From Macrostomum lignano (lineage: Eukaryota): a stretch of DNA of 64,000 bases. The stretch covers positions 248,001 to 312,000 of the forward strand of contig NIVC01000090.1 in assembly GCA_002269645.1 (NCBI GenBank). The letters are read 5' to 3'. Under the pieces are notes generated by a model. The model saw only the letters and a list, made by a program, of their open reading frames with translations, had not been told where the DNA came from and made no database searches. The position numbers and the translations under genes were made by a program. Below are positions 56,101 to 64,000 of this stretch, in pieces. How positions within the stretch are numbered: the stretch's first letter is position 1; each line of letters opens with the position of its first letter.

Positions 56101-57298
56101 TTACGGTTGTGAGCTCTGGGGCCCTCTGGCTACCATGTCTGATACAAAAGCTATTGATAATATTCAGCTGAAATTCTACAAATATCTCCTCAATCTACCA
56201 AAATTTGCTAGCAACAGTGTGATATCATCAGAACTTGAGCTTACTCCAATCTCTCAACGAATCGCTAAAACCTACCTCATCTACTGGCTGAAGATTAGAC
56301 ACAAAAAACTCTGCCAAACGACTCTAGAAATTTTCTACTCAAGCACCGGCCAAAAAAATCCATGGAAAATGAATGTACTAAAGAAACTAGAAAGTATAAA
56401 CCTAAAAGCACTAACTGAAGATAAACTTTCCCAAAGCTTTAATAACGAGAAATACCTAGTGAAAAAGCACCTCAAGATACACAGAGAAAGAGAACTTAGC
56501 CAAAAGCTAGAGAATCAGCAACATATTAAACTCTACAAAAACGCCTATCTCTACAAAAAAATCTGCAGGCCCGACCTTTCAGATTACTTTCCATGTACAT
56601 TTAGAAACAAAAAATTCTTAACAACCCTTCTAAAACTGAAATGCGAGATTACAGTACCCAACTTTTTTTCTCAAGAACCATGTAAAATGTGTGGAGCGCG
56701 AAATGGTTCTGACATTCTACACTACTTGACCGAATGTCCACAAACTGAAGAGATCAGGAAAAAATACTTCTGTCAATACCTCTTAATTAGCAATCAAATA
56801 CACAAGATAGGATATGCTACAAATGAAAAAAGAGTCAGAAAAGAACTCACTGGTGTAGCTAAAATATATGAAGTCATGAATAGCTAAAACAGTTATGCAA
56901 ACTGAAACAGACATTTCAGCAGTGTAAAAAATCCGCTTTTCTTTTGTTTATTTATTTACTGTCTTTTTAATTTCCTATTTAATTAGCATTTAATTAGTAT
57001 TTAATTAGTTTCCTATCTAATACCTATTCGTTTAACGTAAAGTTCTTTCGAAGTTCGTTTTTCATTTTTCGTTCGTTTTTCACGCTTTGAAATATTGCGC
57101 GCTTGCAAAATACTACATCTTTTTTCAAAAAACGCTCTTTCAAATACCTTAATAATTTTACAAATATCGTAACTCGCATCGTAATCGTACTTAAATAACT
57201 TATATTGCCTTCTATTCTTGAATTATCCTTAAATACACTGAAATATATTGGCCAAACAGGCTTCTTGCCTGAGCCAAACTTACTTACTACTACTACTT
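53135..57298 (+). mobile_element. 5'-truncated LINE (CR1/L2-group-like): ORF1 C-terminal remnant, intact ORF2, 3' stem-loop and (TAC)n tail
   Basis: ORF1-like IENDLTEKER...ELKTRQENGEKNIRI at ~53140-53281; ORF2 at 53480-56887; hairpin caggc-ttctt-gcctg then ttacttactactactact near 57257-57298. The 5' boundary is approximate. Confidence 0.85.
53480..56887 (+). CDS. LINE ORF2: AP endonuclease plus reverse transcriptase plus C-terminal Cys/His motif (1135 aa)
   Basis: Endonuclease motifs SWNING, FQETW, GDFNAH, SVID, SDH. RT motifs KAPGHD, NYRGI, QYGF, DYEKAFDS, GVLQGNPLS, FADD, KYLG. C-terminal C..C...H..T.CP. Confidence 0.95.
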   Translation: MDKEKFTISSWNINGLYTIKDSVMIPKLELLETESVFKNNILCFQETWIIDTKNENKRLKINNLSENYITYQKPANKKGCKFVGRASGGLLTAYKKSLDTQYNVTESFKHYKNFLTLNFKHKKDKNKTFTLINSYIPPLSSKYYEEENWEQLTILLDAYHSEENIFLIGDFNAHINNTSYIDLNSIYTTRAKNISLTRQSQDKKNCKNGRLLNQITDSYNLHLINGRSLSDTNGEFTFLSKSGSSVIDLCFVSTSLLQHLEDFKVKNHTYFSDHNQIVLSLSSEFTEEITETKQATNNSKTRYGVLKKSHKPNLQQEKHINNFANDLKNMHDKITNLDIQNPAFINELSRKVRQIQNNITVEIKNPLCSTLPRFLKDLRNAARHACRRYKTFPTPNNLSSKVQLKKAYEKKLTSWKFETTLCADNMINQAFIQNDTKQLWNLLKTPNPSNNRVTIDEKFVIHFQNLVTEQDSSIRLSYNLHLDNPILADLEDFNAPFTKEEVIKHIKKLKTDKAPGHDKVYVETLKYLENELADLLCSLFNEALKQGTFPTSWITNTLHPIYKNKGSSADPNNYRGICIQPILGKLFCQIIKSRLENLAYANNLISKYQYGFKPNHSTIDQCFNLYNIINQSIYNKEELFIGFVDYEKAFDSLNQPTLWCKTDNQGIKGQMMELIKNMHKNACFILKKDDDDDETQPIPISKGVLQGNPLSTILFELYIDDIVEYLELSSARHSLTRSAFPLILLFADDQAILAKNKDELQDTFTTMENYCKQNYLKVNASKKKFMQGNTRQKNDTDSIATKIYYDNQEIEEVNEFKYLGIIFEPKNSFKKCIEHQTKQGYTAMFSLLHRVKNTSLDITLIRRLFDALVTPVITYGCELWGPLATMSDTKAIDNIQLKFYKYLLNLPKFASNSVISSELELTPISQRIAKTYLIYWLKIRHKKLCQTTLEIFYSSTGQKNPWKMNVLKKLESINLKALTEDKLSQSFNNEKYLVKKHLKIHRERELSQKLENQQHIKLYKNAYLYKKICRPDLSDYFPCTFRNKKFLTTLLKLKCEITVPNFFSQEPCKMCGARNGSDILHYLTECPQTEEIRKKYFCQYLLISNQIHKIGYATNEKRVRKELTGVAKIYEVMNS

Positions 57299-57466
57299 CT
57301 TGAAGGGTCTCGGCACGTACTGCACTGCAGTATTAAGAAGATAGCGCAGCATTGCCCTAGTATATTTAAATCCTTTCGGTTTTGAAGTATTTTATTATTG
57401 TTGTTATCGCCAAACCTAAGGACAGTTTTGATTTTTCTGGTTTCCTTGGCTTGATGTACTGTTTTT

Positions 57467-58145
57467 TAGAGCTGTCAAAATTAGATATTTTATTCGAGAC
57501 GAGAAAGGCTTATAAGTCGAGAATTTCGAGACGAGACAAGACAAAGTAAATCTAAAAAATATATTTCAGAATTGCATCTTGTCTTGCTCTTATCTTGCCT
57601 TATCTTGTCTTAAATTTCTTGATAAGATACAATTCAAAAATATATTTTTTAGATTTTCCAAAATACTTTCTTAATTCTAGTTTAAATTCTTTGCTATTTA
57701 TTCATAAGAATTTATGCATGTAGCATATAGGCCCTTGGCCCTACTATGTCTATTACTAATTCATCAAAAGACCTGTGTAGATTGTCTTCCAGTCTGCTAT
57801 GATACACCTTGCTGCAGAACTGAAATGATAACTAAAAGAGCGCATATGCAATGCAAACTCGTAGGCCCTATATAACGACATTTGTTAAGTAACTGCTTGA
57901 CATTGGCTAGATTTTACCATTTGAAAATTGCCCTATCAAGCGTGTTACAACAAACAGTTGTATTTATATGAAAATTTGCTCCCTTTTTATATCTTATCAC
58001 TTAAAAGCTTTTGAAAAAAAGGTATCAGAAAAATTCTTGAATCTCGTCTTGAATTTCTTGACAAAATTCGAGATTTCTCGAGACGAGAAAAAATGTCGAG
58101 ATCTTGTCTCGAATCTTGTCTTGTCAAGATCTCGTGACAGCTCTA
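57467..58145. mobile_element. hAT-type MITE (679 bp)
   Basis: Perfect 11-bp TIRs TAGAGCTGTCA / TGACAGCTCTA. 8-bp TSD CTGTTTTT at 57459-57466 and 58146-58153. Subterminal gagacgag repeats. Confidence 0.9.
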
Positions 58146-58716
58146 CTGTTTTTACTTTGTTTTGCATAATTTTAACTCTATCTTATCTAGCTTTCGTGTT
58201 TTAAACTGGTTGAATAATTTCCGGTTGCTTATTGAATTGAATCAAGAGTCTATATTCACTAGATGTTATATTGCTATTGATGCTATTTCCAGGAGAATAA
58301 AGGATATTTAAAGTGTTAATAGGCCTAAAGGCTAAGCCAAAATATTTTTAGAGTTTTCTATTATTAGTCGCTAGGCCTAATGCTAGGCCTACTATTTTAA
58401 GATTATTTAGGTAGGCCTGCTTTGCCCCTAACAAGTGTTAAGTTAACTAAGCCTTAGCAAAGATTTTATTTTTTTGGTCTATTAACAGCATTTATATTTA
58501 ATGATTGTTTTGCTTTAATAATAAAGCTAGGCCTATAATTGTATAAATTACATAGGCCAATGTCACTTGCTAGGCCTATGCTAAGGCTAAGTCTAAGCCT
58601 ATCTTAATAATAAATAGACTAAGCTAGTAGTAGGTCTAGGATTTTTAATGTAGAGAGTGGTCCCACCTAGATTGGCCCAAAATAAGCTTTGAATAGCCTA
58701 TTGTAGTATTCCTCCT

Positions 58717-59136
58717 AGTGTAAGACCAAGACCGCCACACACCAAGACCGCCACACTTGGGGGAGCTAGGAGGGAGGAATTTGGCTCGCCATGTTATTGG
58801 ATGGTGCTGAGGAAGGGTGAGATGGGGAGAGCCAGCAAGACAAGGCCACGAGAGAGGAACTGGTGAGCAGGCCAGCCTGGCTAGGTAGGTGAGTGAGCCA
58901 GGCTCCTTGTTTTTTTCATTTAATTTGAATTGTTAAAATTGCCCTGGTTGACTTGCAATCATTTTGGGCCACTTATTCATCTTATTAGTGACCAATCTTG
59001 GGACACTTCCTCCTCATCTAACTCCACAACTCATCATAACCAATAGCAATACTGGAAGATTGGTAGCTTCCCCTCAATTCCAATAGTCAGTAAGAGCTAT
59101 GGCGGTCTTGGTATGTGGTGGTCTTGGTCATGCACC
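58717..59136. mobile_element. MITE (420 bp) with ~37-bp TIRs and 8-bp TSD (Merlin/MULE-like ends)
   Basis: Left agtgtaagaccaagaccgccacacaccaagaccgcca; reverse complement of the right end ggtgcatgaccaagaccaccacataccaagaccgcca. TSD TTCCTCCT at 58709-58716 and 59137-59144. Confidence 0.85.
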
Positions 59137-59234
59137 TTCCTCCTTATATACAAGTTTAGCCATAGCAAAAAGGGGTTGCTATCCTTTTGCCCTCCTAAAT
59201 CTACCTCTAGGCTAAGCAAGCCTTACTAAGTTTG

Positions 59235-61261
59235 TCTATCTCTACATATAAAAATCAAAACTCTGTGTGTGTGTGTGTCTGTCTGTGTGTGGACAATTTT
59301 GATCGCTATGGACTCCCAAACCGCTCAACCAAATGACACCAAATTTTACACCCACCCTAAACTCACTACGGAGAATGTCTTAGGCTACCTTTAAATTTCC
59401 TAAATTTGAGTCTTCCTACCTAAAAGTGCAAAAAACTGCTCAAAATGCGCGATTTTTTTACTAAAGCCTCCTTAGCGCCGCTCCACTTCTACCGATCCTC
59501 TTCAAATTTGACACAATCAATTTTCAACTATTTTGACACAATCGTGTAAAATTTCGAGTCTCAAAGTTAATCCTGAACGGCGCTGTGCACTTTTAAAGTT
59601 GGGCTGTTTTTTGTCAGCGAGACAGCCACCCCAACCTCCGCCCGCCTGCCTCTCTTTCCCGATCTGGGCGGCCCAGATGTGTAAAAGGGTTTCAAAATGG
59701 ACTAACTTTCGGCTGCCATAAGTTTGCTCCACGTAAAGCGATTAACTTCAAACTTGACACAATTCTTCATTGACCCATTCTCTGTCTAAATGTAAAGTTT
59801 CAACTCTGTAACTCAACCGAAAAAGAAACTGTAAGCATGTGAAGTTTGTCTCCTTTTTCTGTTGTTTGTGCTACTCACTCACTCATTCCCCCAGAGCCAG
59901 ACGAAGGGTCAGGCGATAGGACTGAATGTACATAGCAAATGTACAGTGTTTTGGAATAACTTTATTTATAGCCTTCTCTGCACCCCGAGAGTGGAGAGGC
60001 TACGTTTAGCCATAACAGTTTAGTGAGAAATTCTAACCACTGCCCTCCCCTCTGTATTGGCAAACTCTGCAGCAGTTTAACAGTGGATGGCAAATGGCAA
60101 ATCGAGGCAATCCAGCATGGTTTGTAAAAGCGAAATATTTATGAAAAGGTGATGCGATGCAATGAAATACAACCCTACTAAATTAGGCACACCATGGAAA
60201 TTTTAAGTTTCTCTTAAAAGTACTTTGAAATTTAAATGGCCTAAGAAATGCGTATTTCCTTGGTTGTTAGACTGATGCAGACTGCAGTGGAGCTGAAGAT
60301 ACACAAATTCCTTTCAGGGCTGCAAATTGGCAAGAAAGATGACGTGATCAAAGCATGAGAATAACGATGAGAGTAGTACGTCCCACAAACTGGCTTTCGA
60401 AGCAGTGATCGGCAGACTTTTACTTCAAAAGCCAGATAAAGAATCCAGCTTATGTGCGGGCCAGATGAGAGTGGAAAGGAGAAGGAATAGACTATTAGAA
60501 GAGAGGAGAGGCGGGACGGGGATAAGAGAAAACATGGAAGATAAGAGAAGAGACAAGTGGTGAGGAGAGAGCAGAGAAGAAGGGAGGAAGAAGCGAGAGG
60601 AGGGGAGAAAGGAGGGAGAGGAAAGAGTAAAGGTGAGAAGAGGGGAGAGATGAGACAGAGGATCGATGAGAGGAGAGTAGAGAAGAGTGAGAAAAGAGTA
60701 GAGATGAGAGAGCAGAAAGAAGATGACAGAGGGTCAAGAGGAGAGGAGAGAGTAGAAAGGATAGAGAAGAGAGAAGATAAGAGGGGGAGAGAAGAGTGAG
60801 AAGAGAAGAGATAGAGATAATAGAGATAAGAGAGGGATGTAAGAAGAGGGGAGAAAGGAGAGATGAGATTGTAGGTAGAGATGAGACAAATGAAAGGAGA
60901 GATGAGAGAGTAAAGATAAGAGATGAAAAAGGTGAGAGGAGAGTGCAGAGAGATGAGAGAAGATATTAGAGGAGAGAGAGTATAGAAGAGAGGAGTAAGG
61001 AAAGAGAGGAGTCAGAAGAGGTGAAAGAGAAGAGTACAGAGGAGATAAGTGAGAGAACGTATTAGAGAGTAAAGATGACAGATGAGAGAGCAGAGATGAG
61101 GGTGAACAGACGAGAGATGGGAGAGTAGAGAGAACAGAGGAGAGATAAGAGAGAAGAGATTACAGAGACTAGAGGAGAGAGGAGAGACAGGGAGAGAGAA
61201 GAGGAAATAGGAGAATGAAGAGGGGAGAGAGTAGAGAGTAGAAGAGGGATGGGAGAGGAGA

Positions 61262-61350
<89 letters not shown>

Positions 61351-62312
61351 CGCAGAGCAGAGAGATATGAGAAGAGATAAGAGAGAAAAGATAAAAGAAG
61401 AGAAAGGAGAGATAAAAACGCAGACAAGAGAGAAGAGAGGTGAGGGAAGAGACGAGTGACGAGGGGAGAGAGAAGAGATAAAACAAGAAAAGAGATGAGA
61501 GGAAAGAGAGAGAGGAAAGAGGTGAAAGAAGAGACGAGAGAAGAGGGGAGAGAGGAGAGAGAGAGGAAAGAGGAGAGAGGAGAGAGGAGAGAGTTAAGAG
61601 AAGAGAGAAAAGAATAGAGAGGAGAAGGAAGAGACGAGAGAAGAGGGGGAGAGAGGAGAGAGAAGAAGAGAGAAAACGAAAAAGTAGAGAGGAGAGAGGA
61701 GAGGAGAGAGAAAAGAAAAGGGAAGAGATGAGATAAGATAAGAGATATGAAAGAGAAGAGAGATGAGGGAAGATACGAAAGAAGATAGGAGAGAGGAGAG
61801 GAGAGAGAAAACGAAAGAGTAGAGAGGAGAGAGGAGAGGAGAGAGAAAACGAAAAGTAGAGAGGAGACAGGAGAGAGGAGAGAAGAGAGAAGAGACAAGA
61901 GATAAGAGAGATGAAAGAGAAGAGAGATGAGGGAAGATATGAGAGAAGAGAGGAGAGAAGAGAGAGGAGAGACGAGGGACGAGAGAGAAGAGAGGAAACA
62001 GAAGAGACGATAGAAATTTTAAAGGATCCAAGGGACATAGGGAGAGTCAGGGAGAGGCCAGAGTTTGCCAATACATGTTTTAGAGTCAGACAGACATTGC
62101 CTGACATTCTGTGAAGTAACCCAGCCAACAATATCAATGTTTGCTTCAAATCCTAATTTTACACGAATGTGTCCATTTTATGTCTACCTCTATTCTACTA
62201 ACTATTAACAAGTTTTTGTTTGTGTATGACCTTAGATTTCAGAATACATGCAAAAGTAGTTCCGGGGATTGGAATTCCCCGGGTTCAAAATCCGCGGGTT
62301 TCAACAGCTTGT
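59235..62312 (+). mobile_element. non-autonomous Helitron-like element, unit 1, with a GA-rich interior
   Basis: 5' tctat..acatataaaaatcaaaactc-(GTCT/GT)n-...aaaccgctcaaccaaat is typical of Helitron-derived repeats. A GC hairpin (ccggggattggaattccccgg) and cagcttgt occur near 62250-62312. Boundaries are approximate. Confidence 0.6.
60470..62010. repeat. GA-rich low-complexity tract including a (GA)n microsatellite near 61265-61350
   Basis: Directly visible; a second tract spans 63570-64000. Confidence 0.95.
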
Positions 62313-62334
62313 CTATACATATAAAAATCAAAAC

Positions 62335-62367
<33 letters not shown>

Positions 62368-64000
62368 GGACAAATTACTTCGCTATGGACTCCCAAACCG
62401 CTCAACCAAATGACACCAAACTTTACACCCACCCTAAAATTACTACGGAGAATGTCTTAGGCTACCTTTAAATTTCCTAAACTCAAGTCTTCCTGCCTAA
62501 AAGTACAAAAAACTGCTCAAAATGCACGATTTTTCCACTAAATCCTCCATAGCGCCGCTCCACTTCTACCGATCCTCTTCAAATTTGACACAGATAATCT
62601 TTAACTATTTTGGCACAATCGTGTAAAATTTCGAGTCTCAAAGTTAATCCTGAGCGGTACTGTGCACTTTTAAAGTTAGGCTGTTTTTTTCAGCGTAGCA
62701 ACCACCCCAACCTCCGCCCGCCTGCCTCTCTTTCCCGATACCGATCTGGGCCCAGATGTGTAAAAGGGTTTCAAAATTGACTAACTTTCAGCTGCCATAA
62801 GTTTGCTCCACGTAAAGCGATTGACTTCAAACTTGACACAATTCTTCATTGACTCATTCTCTGTCTAACTGTAAAGTTACAACTCTGTAACTAATTCAGA
62901 AAAGAAACTGTAAGCGTGTGAAGTTTGTCTGCTTTTTCGGTTGTTTGTGCCGCTCATTCACTCATTCCCCCAGCTCAGACGAGGGTCAGGCGATAGGGCT
63001 CAATGTACATAGCAAACGTAGTGTTTTGGAATAACTTTTTAATAGCCTTCTCGGCACCCCGCGCGCGGAGAGCCTACGTACGTTTAGCCATGACAGTTTA
63101 GCGAGAGATTCAAACCAGTGTCCTCTGTATAGACAAGTCTGCAGCCGTTTAACAGTGGATGGCAAATCAAGGCGATGTGGGATGGTTTATAAAAATAGCG
63201 AAAAATTAATGAATAACTGATTACAATGCAATCCTACTAAATTAGTTACTACCATGAAAATTTTAACATTAAGATTCGAAAAAGGTAACTTTAAAATTTA
63301 AATGGCCTTCTAAGAAATGCGTATTTCCTTGGTTGTTAGACTGCTGCAGACTGTGGTGGTGGAGCTGGAGAATGGAGATACACAAATTCCTCTCAGGGCT
63401 GCTAATTGGCCAGAAAGATGACGTGATTAAAGCATGAGAAATGATAGCAACCATGATAGAACTACGTCCCATGATAGTACTTTCGAAGCAGGGATTGGCA
63501 GATTTTTATCTCAAAGGCCAGATAAAGAAAACAGCTCATGGCTGCGGGCCAGATGAGAGTGAAAAGGAAAAGTGGTGAGGAGAGAGCAGAGAAGAAGGGA
63601 GGAAGAAGCGAGAGGAGGGGAGAAAGGAAGGAGAGTAAAGAGTAAAGGTGAGAAGGGAGAGATGAGACAGAGGATCGATGAGAGGAGAATAGAGAAGATT
63701 GAGAAGAGAGTAGAGATGAGAGAGCAGAAAGAAGATGACAGAGGGTCAAGAGGAGAGGAGAGAGTAGAAAGGATAGAGAAGAAAGGAGACAAGAGGGGAG
63801 AGAGGAGTGAGAAGAGAAGAGATAGAGATAAGAGAGTGGTGAATGAAGAGGGGAGAAAGGAGAGATGAGAGAGTAAAGGGAAGAGGAGGAGAGAGGAAAG
63901 AGATGAGATTGTAGAGATGAGACAGATGAAAGAAGAGATGAGAGATGAAAAAGGTGAGAGGAGAGTGCAGAGAGACGAGAGAAGATAAAAGAGGAGAGAG
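62312..64000 (+). mobile_element. Helitron-like unit 2, head-to-tail with unit 1; runs off the window
   Basis: Diverged copy of 59235 onward, offset 3073 bp at the tacatata motif, including the start of the GA-rich tract. Confidence 0.6.

Noticed and set aside
60495-63868. Long Leu/Ser-rich (minus) and Arg/Glu-rich (plus) ORFs
   Set aside because: Artefacts of GA-rich low-complexity DNA.

Overview
AT-rich eukaryotic nuclear DNA, probably from an invertebrate (inferred from spliceosomal splice sites, LINEs, SINEs, MITEs and microsatellites; no prokaryotic features). The window has three zones. (1) Positions 241-26585 hold a head-to-tail, minus-strand array of nine alpha-SNAP (soluble NSF attachment protein)-like genes. 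Seven share a near-identical GC-rich SNAP domain (group A) and two carry a more divergent one (group B). Eight of the nine have an N-terminal membrane-targeting module that mostly differs between copies: single TM helix, mucin-like stalk plus TM, signal-anchor plus Cys cluster, myristoylation/palmitoylation motif, or double hydrophobic hairpin. All nine keep the penultimate Leu that alpha-SNAP needs to stimulate NSF. This 'tethered SNAP' family is the best candidate for an undescribed system. (2) Positions ~27600-49745 hold a decayed RNase H-bearing LINE split by a 19,327-bp DNA transposon-like element (perfect 18-bp TIRs, 8-bp TSD). The element is an internal dimer, and each half carries a satellite whose 636/623-bp monomer looks like a phase-1 symmetric exon plus intron. 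(3) Positions 51400-64000 hold several MITEs with intact TSDs, a 5'-truncated LINE with an intact EN-RT ORF2, and a head-to-tail Helitron-like pair with GA-rich interiors. All family assignments come from motif recognition by eye; no database search was run.
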